The position numbers and the translations under genes were made by a program. Under the pieces are notes generated by a model. That model was not told where the DNA came from, did no database searches, and was given only the letters and a program-made list of their open reading frames with translations. Shown here one piece after another: positions 32,090 through 44,544 of a stretch of DNA of 64,000 nt. Source of the DNA: Blastocladiella emersonii ATCC 22665 (taxonomy: Eukaryota > Fungi > Blastocladiomycota); the NCBI GenBank assembly GCA_025594325.1, contig JANHCV010000008.1:1054001-1118000 (forward strand), given 5' to 3'. Each line of letters begins with the position of its first letter. Position 1 is the first letter of the stretch.

Positions 32090-32869
32090 ATGTTTCGCAA
32101 GCGAGGCATCCCTGATCGTCAACGCCTAGCAACATTCTTGGACGAACTCATTACCGAGGCGCAGTTCGAACGCTACACTGCAGGCGAGCCCGTCAGCGAT
32201 CATGAATCTGAGTCCGAGCCCGAGGCTGATTACAACATTGAATCTGAATTCGACTCTGATTTCGAAACGGATTCTGAACCTGACGATCTTTGACCGCTCT
32301 GGACCGCAGTCGCACCTCTCGCGCTCTAATATATTGGTTTTAATTATGTCCGTTTACCTGTTGTTTTCCCGCCCAGAAGCTGTCTGCTGTAGGCTTACGA
32401 CACTAAATGGAGATAAATGCGGAAGGAAAATGCCCGCCCCAAGAGACCAGAAGCCTGATGGACCAGCGAGCTGTGATGCTCGAGTGCGGGGGAGTGCTGT
32501 AGGTAGCAGGAACGTCATGGCGGATCCGTTTTGTCCACTCTCACATCATAGCACTGTCTCCATTGCTGTCGCGTAAAAAGCCGACGAGAGTCGTGCTTCG
32601 ATATCACGCCAGGTCCACGTGGGCGAGAGCGATCCTGGAAAGCGCGTCGCCCTTTCCCACGCGCGCTGCACTCCCTCGCTCTCACCAAGCGAGATCATGG
32701 AACACGACCCACACATGTAACCGCATGCAATAGTTTCCCCGGACCATCCATTATTCCTGGCCACCGCGGGAACCAAATTGAGGCCGCGCGCGAGATCGTC
32801 GCGCTGCTCGCCGCGCACCTCGGCGCTCCTGTCCTCTATAGCTCATCGACTGCTGGCTCGACAGTCGAC

Positions 32870-35551
32870 GTGGACGCAATCAATGCGTACTTGGTTCTGG
32901 ACCCATTGCAATGCACGCTGACTCCTGCTCTTGTGAATCTCCTGACGCAGTCAATCGTCGCTGCGCTTCCTTCGCCAACCCGCGCTCGCGCGCTTGTCAC
33001 CTCGGCCAATTCGCTCGAGCGCGCCTGGGTTGACTCTCACCTTCAGCTCTCCCAATCGATGCCGATAGCTTCTCGAGGGCCCGCTCCGCTCGCACGGTGG
33101 ATCGCCAACAACTTGCGCGTTACGCACGAGCTCACCGTGTTCCCTTGTGTTCGCGACCCGCATGCCGCGGTTACGCTTGTCAGCTTGCATCGCAATCCGA
33201 AGAGCGGTCTGCCTGCGTTTTGCATCTTTCGCGCGGGCCACCCGATGGACGGCGCCGGCGAGGAGTTTGTGCAGAGCGTGCTGACCGAGGCCGCCAGGGT
33301 CGCGCCAGTGTTTTTCACTGTTGCGCCGCGCGATAAATGGGTCGACGCGGCGGGCTTCTACCATGGACTCGATCAGCTTCTTTAGAACCTTAATACGGTG
33401 CACTCGGCCATGGGCTCATGCCGCGATCCTTTCACTTCGCTTGGCTTGGATTGCCAGCCTCACGATGGTCGTGTCGAAGCATTTGTCTCGGTGCTTCCGC
33501 GGCTCGTCCAGTTTGCCGAGCAGTTCCGGCCACTCGGACGTGAGCTATCATCGAGAGTCGGCACGCTTCGAGAGGCGCTGGATCGTGGACCCGAAATGGC
33601 CCAGGTTGTGTCCGCGCCGATCAAGCTTTCCGCTACTTCCACTCCATTGGAGCTGACCAGCTCCTCGGCGTCCGAAATTGCGCCCGCCTTTGAAAACCCA
33701 AGCTCGGCGACACCCGCACCTGCCCCGCTGCCCTACCTTGATCACTTTCACGACGACATGAGACAGTTTGTGCGCGACGGTCCTGAAGAACAATGTCGTG
33801 GGGACACGATCTTCTCTGGTGATGCCGCCTCAGATCCGCCGTTGCCCTTTGGCTTTGAGGTACACGCAGGTCACTACTCTGCAACCACGTAACCAATCGC
33901 TGACTTGGTCGCGTGCTGTACCATTTCGACGGTTAGGCCTCCTCTCTCGTCACGGCCATGAACAATGATAAACCCAATGCGTCTGCTTTCATGACTTGTT
34001 TGCTTCCGATGCCGAGCAATCACGTTGCGCCGCTCACGCGAATGGAAATGCTTTCGACGGCTCCCATGGTCCAGTCGCAACACCAGGATATGCCTACGCC
34101 CATGGCAGTCCCGAGTCAGGCGCTGCTCCCTCACAGCTCGGTCTTAGCACTTCTTGCCGTCACCGCTTTGGTCCCGCTTCCGCCTATGCACGAATGCGGA
34201 TTCGAGGCTCTCGCACCTCCGCAGCTACTTGCGAGCTCTTCAAACCTTCGTTTTAAAGGGTTCCCCTTAGCCGCAGGGCCCAAGGCGCCGCTTGCAACAC
34301 CTAAGATTCGGTCCCTGTCCCAGAGAGTTGCTCCTGATGCCTCCTCGTTCAAGGTTCACGACGCGAGCGGAGAGCATGTCCAAAGCTTCTTTTCGGATGT
34401 TGCTCGGCTTCTTTGTCTCTGTCCGGGCCAGCATGCGGTTGCGCTACTTGCCGCTGTTGTGGCCTTGACAAACCTGTGTTGCATCGAGCGCATCCTTGGC
34501 AATCCAACAACGCGGGACCAGCTTGCCGAAATTCTAAGCATTTACCGTACCACTGCTCCAGGCCTTGGTCTCTGTCCGCTCTTCTCTCAGTCGCAGTCAA
34601 TTGACAAGTACAAGGCTATTTGGGCTATTGTTGGCTCTGTGGCAAACAATTCGATCGAAACACCGCTTACCGAGTGGGAGACTGTGCCGAGGACTCTCGC
34701 GCTCATGCAACGACTTGTTGCCGTTCTCGCGTGCGCAGCGGATCATCTCAAAGAAGCGCTTGGCCTGCCTCGCATTGATATTCCGGCAGCCACGCCCAAG
34801 ATGCACGTCATGATCGCTCTCAGCCGACTGCCGCTTAAAGATTGGACTGACGTCATCAAGTGGTTCGCACCTCGGGTCTCGTCCGTGGGCTTGGACGAGT
34901 TGAGGTTTGACAGGTCGGACCAATCTCGGGTGGTTTCTAACCCGAACCCGGCCACCGATACCGCCGCTGAACGTACCTGCCGGAGCACGCTCCTCGAGAT
35001 CCGCTCCACGCTTGACGCACATCCCCTCGCCCTGTTCCTTTATCTCCTGCTGCGCCCTCGAGTCCAGTCCAAGTACCCCGGATGCGCCGCCGCCGGAGTG
35101 TCTCGTGCGTGCTCACATAACCGGGCAAGTCGCGCGGCGTACTTGATTGCGTTCTCGGATCCAGTCGTCCTCGAGCGTGCAGTCGCCGCGACACGGGCAA
35201 TCACCCGCAGTTCGTATTGCTCTCGAGTTTGCGTGCGCCAACCTCGAGATGTCTGCATCCTTTGACTTCTACCGCTTGCCGCCCGCGCTCGTCTACGCTG
35301 ACTCGCCAGGGCAGGACCCTGAGCACAGCGTGGCCTGCCTTACAAGGCGTTCGAGTAACTGCGCCGGCGGGTCGCTCCGCCTCGTTCTAAGTACCAACAG
35401 AATGTACGGGTGGGACGAGCTCAAGGAGCGATACGCGGCCAAATTCAAGGCAATCGCGACTGGCGTCCCCGTTGCAACGAACCGTTGTTGGTGGGGGTGT
35501 CTGAGGCCGAGTGAAATCCGCACGATAGGCATGTCTCCAGCTAGGCTGTGA
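32870..35551 (+). pseudogene. Multi-domain gene: Ulp1/C48-like N-terminus, Pro/Ser linker, C-terminal domain shared with 1031-2402; TAG at 33383, intron 33860-33936, frameshift near 35205
   Basis: ORFs 32870 and 33398 are in the same frame across a single TAG. The GTACAC..GCTGAC..TAG intron joins in frame to ORF 33958. The true start lies upstream and is unclear. Confidence 0.6.
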
Positions 35552-35860
35552 AGGGCAGTAATAACGATGATTATATTAAAAGCGTAATGTTTTTTTTTGA
35601 AATCGAGGGCTAAAGCCCTCTATTTTTGCCTAGCCGACGCGCGGTCTTGGGATCTGACGTGTCTCCCTGGCCCACGTGCGTCACGCACGTGTTTCACGCG
35701 TTTCACGGGATATATCCAACGCGTCCGAGTCTCCCACCACCAAGCTCTCTCGCCTGCAGTCAATCGCGATAGTAACAAAAGAAATCAAATATTGTGAATG
35801 AGAGGACAGCAACAACAAAGGAGGGAAAAGGAGGAAGTGTAGAGAGGAACACGACGTCGT

Positions 35861-36700
35861 TCAGTTAACTGAACGGCGGCCACCGCCACGGCCGCGGCGA
35901 CGCTTGGGCATCGCCTCAAACTCGTCCTCGTTGCAGCCGCCCTCCTCGGCGGCCATGGCGGCCGTGCGCTTGGGCGCGTCAGCGGGAACGGCCGTGGCCG
36001 ACGCGACCTCGCGATCCGTCGTGCCCGCCTCCTCAATGATGGGCGCCGCGAGCGCGACTGTCGCACTTGAAGTCGACGACGACGACGACGACGCGGCCAA
36101 TGAGCCGACCGGCGGCCCGGCGGGCTGTACGGCGGTCGAGAGCTTCGAGGTCGATGACGACGAGGCGACGGTCGCGTCGACCTGCAAAATGGCGGGCTGC
36201 ACGGCGGTCGACGACGACGACGACGCGTTGGTGATCTGCGGTGCGGCGGTCTGCACGGCCGTCGTCGAGGAGGACGACGAGGCGACGCCGTCGTTGAGCT
36301 CGCGCAGGATCCCCGCCATGCGCGTCGAGAACTCGGGGTCCGAGTCGCCCTCCTCGTTGGACACGTCAAACACGAACCGCGGCTGGCGCACGGGCGAGGA
36401 CAGCGTCAGCCCCGACAGCTGCGTGGCCGGGGTTGGCGGGATGCACTCCTGCGGGCGGGCGCCGTACGGGTTGCTGCGGCCCGCGGGACCGCCGTGATGG
36501 TGCGCCGGCGGCGGCAGAGCGGGCGCTGACGACGAGCCCGCGGGACCACCGTGATGGTGATGGTGGGCCGGCGGCGGGACGGCGGGCGCCGACGACGAGG
36601 AAGAGGGGGTGGAGGGCGGGTTGAAGTGCGAGGCCGGCGGGGGCATGGCGGGCGCCGTGGGCGCCAAAGGCGGCGGCGCCGGCTTGGTGATCTGTTGCTG
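35861..36700 (-). CDS. Low-complexity Pro/Ser/Ala/His-rich ORF with basic C-terminal NLS-like tail, apparently 5'-truncated by the Helitron junction
   Basis: Internal repeats (PPPAHHH..GGPAG twice, SSSSSTAVQ three times) and ending PKRRRGRGGGRR; GC3 bias. Confidence 0.4.
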   Translation of the reverse strand, partial: QQQITKPAPPPLAPTAPAMPPPASHFNPPSTPSSSSSAPAVPPPAHHHHHGGPAGSSSAPALPPPAHHHGGPAGRSNPYGARPQECIPPTPATQLSGLTLSSPVRQPRFVFDVSNEEGDSDPEFSTRMAGILRELNDGVASSSSSTTAVQTAAPQITNASSSSSTAVQPAILQVDATVASSSSTSKLSTAVQPAGPPVGSLAASSSSSSTSSATVALAAPIIEEAGTTDREVASATAVPADAPKRTAAMAAEEGGCNEDEFEAMPKRRRGRGGGRRSVN

Positions 36701-36726
36701 CTACTGCGGCTGCACCTGCGCAATGA

Positions 36727-39700
36727 AGTCACACGGCGGCCGCCGGAATCTTCTCGCGCAAGTTCGCGCCGCTGCTGCTGTACCAGGCGATGCGGTGGCT
36801 CGACCTCGCGGGCGTCGCTGCTGGCGAGGTGACCGAGCAGGATGTCGAGTGCATCGCGAGCACCATCAGCGTCGACAGCAAGCCGATGCTCAATGTCGCG
36901 CTGCACAACTACGTGTTCCGCCCGCCCGAGCTCGAGAACCTGTCGTGGTACGAGTTTATCTCCTCGTGGTCGCGCGTCAACATGCCGCCGAAAATGCGCG
37001 AGGTCCTCGCCAACGGCGGGCGCGTCGTGCCCGCGCAAGCAGAACTCGGACCAGCTGCCGACATGCCGCCCGGCACGAGGCTGTCCTTCATGGCCGACCA
37101 CCCGCTGGCCAAGACGCACGAGCTGCGCAAGAACATCGTCGAGGTCGTGCCCAAAATCGCCGGCCCGCACATGCCCGACCCGCGCAAGTTTTGGGGACGT
37201 GCCCGGGTCTGAGGAAAAGTACTCGCGCATGGCGCTGCTGCTGCTCCGCCATTTCCGCGTCTCGAGTGGCATTCTCGACGAGAACGGCTCGGCGATCGCC
37301 AAGTTCAAGGCGTTCAAGGAGGGCCTCCAACCCGGCGACCCTGCGCTCAACCACCTCGAGTACGCCCAGGAGTACTACTTCAGTCTCGACGGTGCGCGCG
37401 CGTACCGTGAGTGCCGCGATCGCGAGAGCGCCGAGCTCTCGGCCAGGCTGTTGCAGGAGAAGCGCGGCGAGCTGATCGTTCGATCTCGCGACGGCGACCG
37501 CAACGCGTCAAGCTCGCGCGCCAAGGCGACCGCCAACGAGGACCCGACTGCAGAATGGACCATGTTCACTCAGTTGCAGCAGGACATTGCCCTCGATCCG
37601 GTCATTGCCGACAACGCCATGAACGGTGCTGGCGCCAAGGTCGCGCCCACCGTTAGCGAGCAGAACTTCAAGCTGGTGATCGACGCGCTGGTCCCTGGTG
37701 CTGCGGCAGACCTGGTCGACCACCTGCGCCTCCCTCCAGTGCGCCCGTTCGACGTCAAGGCGGCCGTCCCACCGACGACGCTCAAGGAGCCCATCTCGGC
37801 GAACACGCTGAAAGCATTCCTGGCGCAGCACCGCAGCGCCGCATCTGCAGCGCCGGCCGCAGCTGGAACCGCTCCTGTCGCTCCGCAAGGCGGGCAGTCG
37901 CCGCTCATCGGCGCGTCAACCACGGCAGACGCTGCTGCCGAGTCGCAGATCGGCGTCGATCCCGAAAACGTTGTTGAGGACGGTCCAGAAGCACCAAAAG
38001 TACCCACCGCCGACTTTTGGCGCGATACCTTCGCCGCGAGATCAACGGAATCTGCAGCGAAGCGCAAGCGGTTCCTCGTCATGAAGACTGCAGACTCGCT
38101 CAACAATTTTGACCACGCGACTCGCGGCAAGGAGTGGACGGAGGCGGAGCAGCGCACCAAGCACACACCCGCGTACGCGAGCCTCGCGCAGGTTTCGCTC
38201 AAGTTCAACCTGAACAAGGAGCAGCACCGCGCGTTCGTGCTCTTCCTCATGCCGCTCATCGCCACGTTCATTGGCGGCGACAGCGGTGTCGCCGAGGCCG
38301 CCGCGTCATCGGATCCAGGCGCCCTCGCGTCGGGCCGCGACCGGCCAAACGCACCAGCTCTCGCCTCGCTTCCGCCCATGAGCAAGGATCGCTCGCCGAT
38401 CATTCTCACAGGCTCAGGCGGCACGGGCGGCACGGGCAAGTCGCGCGTCATTGACGCGATACGGTACTTTCTCGCGTCCTGGAACCGCGAAAAGTGCATG
38501 ATGGTCTTGGCCATGACGGGCATCGCGGCCGCCAACATTGGCGGTACCACCATCCACGCCGCGTTCCAGCTCTCGCTCAAGGGGGAGAGTCTCAGCCCCG
38601 ACATCAAGCGCCTCCGCACCGACTCTGCTGTCGCCAGCGCGTGGCAAGGACGTCACGCCGTGATAATCGACGAGTTCTCCATGTGCGACCCGCAGGTGCT
38701 CGGACGGGTCAACGCGAGCCTTCGCGACCTGCGTCGGTGCGACGAGCCGTTTGGCGGCTGCATCGTCATGCTCGCCGGCGACCATTTGCAGCTTCCACCA
38801 GTGAACGGCACGGCGCTGTTCCAGCTACCCGAGGTGCTCGACGATGCGCCAGACTCGTTCTTCGAGCGGCTGCTCGCGTACGACACCACGGGCGCGAAAA
38901 AAAAGCACTCGGGCCAGCTCGCGGACTGGCGCGCCCGACGTGTCGTTCGACTCGTGCGCAGCAACCGGTTCGTCAACGACCCATCATGGGGCAGGTGTCT
39001 CGACGCGTTCCGCCTTGACAAGGCCCCGACGAGCTGCGCCGCCTGCTCGACTCGCGCACGACCGCTCGCCTGCGCCAGCTGAGCGACGACCAGGGCAACA
39101 ACGAGCTCAAGAAGTCCTCCAGACGCGCGGGCTCACAGTCATTACGCCCGACAACTACACGCGTCACACCTTCAACCTGCTGTACACGCGGCTCGCCGCT
39201 GCGGACCCAGAACGCGTCGCGTTTCAGATCAAGGCCAGCATCACGCGCAAGAAGGAGCGAAACGGCGCAACCGTCCGCCTCCCGATTGGCGAAAGGGACC
39301 TGTTCCGTCTCGCCGAGGAGTCCGACTCGATCACTCGTTTGCCAACCATCCTCGAGGTCTTTGTCGGCATGGAAGTGCGCGTCAAGGTCAACCAGTGCGT
39401 CGAGAAGGGGTGCGCGAATGGCGCTATCGGCGTCATGCACCACATCGACTGGTTTCCGGGCACGACGTTTACCGAGACCGGCTCGCGCATGTACCGCCCA
39501 TCGCGGGAGCCACATACTGTGTGGATCGACCTGCCCGACGCGCCGCCTGGCCCTTGGTTTCCTGGAATGCCGGCCGATTGGCCAGACACGGTCATCCCGC
39601 TCGCCATGCACTCGGACGACTTTCTTTACAAGGAGGGCGGTATGACGTCGCGCGAGCGAACCGAACTCAAGAAACCCGAGTCCAGCGCACTGTGCGCCAA

Positions 39701-40256
39701 GATGGTCAAGAACTTCGATACTCACGAGCAGTACAAGGACCACGAAAAGGTCAAGATCAAGCAGTTCCCAATCGTGCCCGCCTTTGCGATGACGGTGCAC
39801 GGGGTCCAAGGCGTGACCAAGAACGCCATCATCTTGACGGATCCGTGCCCAGCTGGCTCGTCTGGATCGATCAACGGGTCGTCGCTGTACGTTGCGCTCT
39901 CGCAGCTCCGCCAGAGCGCGTTTCTGTGGGTCCTCCATCCGATCCCGGACGGCGTGTACGACGTCATGGTCCCTGATCCGCGGGCCGTGGCCGAAGACTT
40001 GCGGCTCCAGGCGCTAGACGTGTTGACTGAGGGCGCGTTCGCTCACGGACAAACCGTTACGCAAAACCACCCACGAGTCGCAGAGCTCTTCTGTCACGCG
40101 ATGCAAGAGCATCGCCAGATCAAGAGCGACAAGGAGGAGAAGCAGAAGGCCCGCGAACGAGAGTACTCAAGGCGGTATCGCGAGCGTAGGCGCGAGCAGA
40201 AGCGCGCTCCAGAATTGCATGAGCAGCGGCGGAGCAAGAGGCTTCGCGATAGATAG
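36727..40256 (+). mobile_element. Helitron (Helitron2/Helentron-like) Rep-Hel ORF lacking the Rep domain; PIF1-type helicase; frameshifts near 37190, 39024 and 39108
   Basis: Inter-domain NYVFRPPELENLSWYEF..HPLAKTH..VPKIAGP..YSRMALLLLRHFR. Helicase motifs GTGGTGKS, MTGIAAANIGGTTIH, IIDEFSM, PFGG..AGDHLQLPPV, QFPIVPAFAMTVHGVQG and YVALS. Confidence 0.9.
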
Positions 40257-40607
40257 TGTAAGATTTCATTTGTAGTGTTATAAAGTATACTTAGTTGCTT
40301 TCAATTACTTTGGTGTGTGATGGGAACAGAGATGCGACTCCATAATGACGCGCGACTGTCAGCGGTACAAAACCTCCCGCGTGTGCCGTGCTCCAACGTG
40401 GCGGAGGGCTTTAGCCCTCGATTGAAGACCAGACGCGAAGCGTCTAGGTGGTTCAAGTAAAATCAGGAAATCGAGGGGAAAGCACGTTGGAATGACGCGT
40501 CGGGATATCATGTGATGAGTCATGATTCGCCGTTCCCGCGGCCTGCGGCTGAGTCTCAGCGTGTTCTTCTTCAATCTCGCCACTCCCCGCTCTGGCTTCC
40601 ATGTAAC

Positions 40608-43600
40608 ATGATGCAACCACATGAAGATATTCCCGGCCTGTTATGTGTGAGTGCTTTCCGCGGCGGCGACAAAGTGAGTGACGTCGTCCTCCTGGGCGAG
40701 CTGACCGGCCCGGTCCGCAAGGACCACATCGCTCGTGCTCACATTGAGACCGCTTCTTCCGCTCCCGAGTTCACAGCAACCAATGCTTCCCGCTTGACGA
40801 ACGAGCGGCTTGACTTGGTTGACGTGCTGGAGCGCAGTACCGCCGTTGATCCGCCGTTGTCTGTACCTGCTCCAAGCTGTCTGCCCGCGCCACCGCCACC
40901 TCTCTCAGCTTGCATTGACCGTGCCCTTGCGACGCTGGAGCTGATCGTCGCTGACTTGCGCCAAGATGTGACTTCGCCGCTTGTGCAGCTCATGTTCGCG
41001 TCCCCGCGATCGCGCCCGCCCGTCATCTTTACAGACTGGGTCAACCTCCCAGCTTTCCGTTCTCTCGCGCGTCCCGCGCACGTTGCGGCCCTCCTCGCGT
41101 CGTGGACGTGGTTCGAGTGGCTCGTCTCGTCTTTGGAAGCTTGCTCATCCAAGGAGTCTGGTTGCGCCTGGATCAAATGTAATGCGGCGCATCCGTGCCC
41201 TGTTTCCGCCGAGCTTGATCACCACACTGCCAACCAGTGGACGCTCTTGCACTACGCCGTCCTTGCCGACGCGAACGAGTACTGCAGCTACCGCCGCAAG
41301 TGCGCTGCGAATGAAAGTCTTGAGGGTGCGTTCTTAACCACGGCATTCAAGAGGAACCCTTCTCACATTCTCGCTCGCTGCTATAGGCTTCCCATGCGCA
41401 GCTCGATTTACACAGCGACTCCTCACCTCGCTTAGCAAGGACGCCCTGCAGTTGATGCTCACGGCGACCGAGATCGAAATGAGCTGGACGCCGCTGCACC
41501 TTGCTGCCGCGCTTGATGTTCCTGCCGCTATCACGCTCCTGTGTCACGCTGCGAGCGAATTGCAGCTCGTGCCGCTTCGCGACGCTCTTGGCCGCACGGC
41601 TCTTCACTACGTGCAGTCGCCTTCAGCTCTCACCGAACTTCTCAGTTGCAATTCCCACGGATCTTTGCCTGCGGACGCGTTCGGACTCCTTCCATGGGCG
41701 CACGTCGCAGCTGCACCTGCCACTAAAGCTTTGCCGCTTTTTCGCGCTTGGGTCGAGTCTGGTTGCATGCTTTGGGCGGACGGCGCGGCAATTCAGGCTA
41801 CGCGCGACTACTTCTCCTTCGCACTTACTAAACGCTTCCGTGATGGCGAGTCGGAGGTTGCCTTTGCTCTTTCGACCGCAGCATCCCACTTTCTTCCAGT
41901 CTTGAACGCGTCGGCTCAGCTTGATTCGACGCAGGGATTATCCCCAGCACCCAGCAATGATTCGGAGCTGCTGCCTGGCGCGATGGTCGAATCCGCAGCG
42001 ACTGGCGTGTGGACTTCGCTTCACGAAATTGTGCGCGTGCTTCCTGATCCTCCATCGAGATCCCTTGCGCGCACTGCGGCGGGAACGGCGCTTCCACTTT
42101 CAAGCAGTCCCGCCGCGCAGCTCAGCGTCGTCGATCTCGTTTCTAGCGACGAAGTGGAACCCTTGGCTGCTTGCAACGAATCTGATTTGTCGTCAGTCGC
42201 GGACTCGGACGAGGAATCGGAACAGGATTCCACCACCTTCATGGCGCTGCCCAGCCAAAGTGCCCCAGCTCATGATTCGCAGCTTGAGTGGTGTACGCGC
42301 GTCAAGGCCAACTTCGTCACTTGCACCTTTCCTGGTTGCGATCTCGGCGACTTGCCATACACAAAGTTTCTCGGCCATTTCAAGTCACACCTCAGTTCTG
42401 AACCGTGCACTGAATCGGGCCGCTTTCTCTGCACGATGCCTGGGTGTGGCTATACGCATTCAATAACGAGCTCCATGACGCTGCACTTCATGAGGCACTG
42501 TCCATCGCTCTTCCAGTGCCGATTCTGCGATTTCGACCACACTCATGCGGGCCGGATCGCAATGCACGCGTTCATTGTGCACCCGAACGAGCGGCCAGAT
42601 ACCGATAATCCAGAGACGCTTCTCGCTCGCGGCTCGAGTCACGTTCATATCCCCGCTTCAGTCACAGCTGCGATTCTCGCCGCTAACCCGCCGGCCGCGA
42701 CCAGCTGCTTTACGCCTGGCACGATGCGGTGCACAATTCCCGGATGCCCTGTGGAAGCTGCAGCGAGCGACTTGGTTGTCCACTTCAAAGACCATCTGAA
42801 GCGCAGTCAAGATGAGCTTGGGCACCACCTCCGGACATCGAAAGTCCTCGAAGAGGACGAGTCTTTTGCTGGATTTGCTTGTTTCTTTCCTGGCTGCAGC
42901 TTTGTGGCGTCCAAGATCAAGTCGCCTGCAGGGAACCTCGCTAGACACGTTGAAAAACTCCACGGACCGATGGTCTTCAAGTGCCCTTTCTGCGACTATC
43001 GCGATACGAACATGGGGATTGTGGTCGTTCACGCTCGTATCAAGCATGGTGTCCAGCGCGACGAGTTCCGCAAGTATCGCAATGGCCCCAGGGGCGCGGG
43101 AACGGCTCTTACCCCCGAATCAGGCGCCTCAACGACTTCCTCGCGTCACATTGTTATTCCACCAAATCTTCACCAGGCCGCTGTTGACACGGCGGACGCC
43201 CTTGATCGGGCTTGCACTGTTGCCTCAACGCACCCGCTTTTCGCTCTTGCTCAACGCGCAAACCTCGCCGCTGGTGAACCGCCTATCTGCCACGACGGTC
43301 TTTCTGAGCCATCAGCGTCGCATACACGCTTGCTTGACGTCTACATGACGGACACGGGCGAGCTTCTCCTCGGACGCGCTGTTGACCGCGTCTGGCGGTT
43401 TGGCCACCAGCCCGCGGCCGCCGAGCAGGTCGTGTACCCGCTTCTTCCGTGCAACGAGCCTGTGGATCCTGCAGTCCGTCAACACGTCGAACGCGCGCTG
43501 TCCCATTGCCCGTTGCTTGCTGATATCGGCGGCCGCGCGATCGGCCATCCGCAGCCCAAGTACAGCGCTCGCACTGATCAGCCCTTTGATTCCGCAAACT

Positions 43601-43836
43601 ACGCATTCTTCGCGGTCCGCGCTGCGACGCCCGTTCGTGTCCCGCTCAATCGCCTGCTGCGCGCTGCCGATGACGGCTTGCCCGAGCTTCTAGAGTCGCC
43701 TCCGCTCGTCGCGGTACCCAGCGCAGCCGAGGGCTATTGTGTGCTGTGGATAGCGTTCAAGCGGCGCGAGTTACTCGAGCTCATTCACGGGCTTGGGTTC
43801 CGCAACCGCGCGATTCCAGTCGCGGTCAGGCAGTGA
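40608..43836 (+). CDS. Ankyrin-repeat + six C2H2 zinc fingers + novel C-terminal domain (intron 41326-41386)
   Basis: Ankyrin-like WTLLHYAV, WTPLHLAAALD and DALGRTALHY. Six C-x2/4-C..H..H fingers. The 61-nt GTGCGT..CTCAC..TAG intron restores the frame between ORFs 40512 and 41452. Start position approximate. Confidence 0.75.
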
Positions 43837-44544
43837 TGAATACACGAATGGGATTGATCTTGAAGTTTGAAACGATACGCTGGATATCGCGGTGCAACGT
43901 GCGCAATACCTTTCGCGTGACACCTCCCTACTGTGGCTGTCTCACTTCGATCAGCTCCTTTGATCACGAGTCTCACAGGTCGTTCGTGTCAGCACGAAGT
44001 AACTTCACTGCCTCGCGATCAGGCTCGTAAGATACAGTTGCAGTTGAGTGGTACAGCGCTGGGCACAGGGAAGGTCGGTCTACGGTGCGCAAAGGAGTGG
44101 GAGAGTAAGAAATGCTGATGAGGAAACTGTCGCGAAAAATCGGGAGGAAGGAAACCGGGTATCTATTGAGGCGAAGTAGCAGCTAGCAAAATATGGAAGA
44201 GGAGCGGAGACGCCTACCCGAGGTGAGCGGTGGGTGGGCGATCCCCGGCGAGGAGGTTAGCCCACGGTGTGATAGGATGATGCGGGCGATCGCGCGCACG
44301 CACGTGCGTGGCGCGGCGCGTCTCGCGGGTGGTCACACGGTTGCGTGTGCAATTGAACTGATACGGCCTAGTGAGAGTATTTCGTGTGGGATTTGCAGCA
44401 GAAAACGATAAGCCTCAAATCCACGATGTGCAGTTTCTTTCCGATTGCACCGGCGGCATCAATAGTCAGATTGCGCCCAAAGACGCGCGAAGAGTGGGTC
44501 TCAGTAAATCGGATATTTTTCATTTTCGCGACGCGATGGCAGAA

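Larger units (their letters stand above)
28370..32293 (+). pseudogene. Small acidic-tailed ORF (122 aa when rejoined: 28370-28534 + 32090-32293) interrupted by element 2
   Basis: Removing 28536-32089 plus one duplicated A gives continuous ..LAKIEEEL|MFRKRGIPDRQRLATFLDELITEAQFERY..DSEPDDL*. Confidence 0.6.

Noticed and set aside
36701-36703. TAG inside a poly-Gln run on the minus strand as evidence of readthrough
   Set aside because: It lies at the junction with Helitron coding on the plus strand, where the same bases read as Leu (CTA); ambiguous.
40404-40447. Canonical Helitron 3' end (hairpin + CTAG|T)
   Set aside because: CTAG is followed by G rather than T, one hairpin overlaps the CTAG and the other is about 25 nt away, and the motif also occurs away from the Helitron. 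Left as an open finding.
43360-43450. SNF2 helicase motif VI (GRAVDRVWRFG resembles QAVDRAYRIGQ)
   Set aside because: No motif V or other helicase motifs precede it; treated as coincidental or at most a remote remnant.
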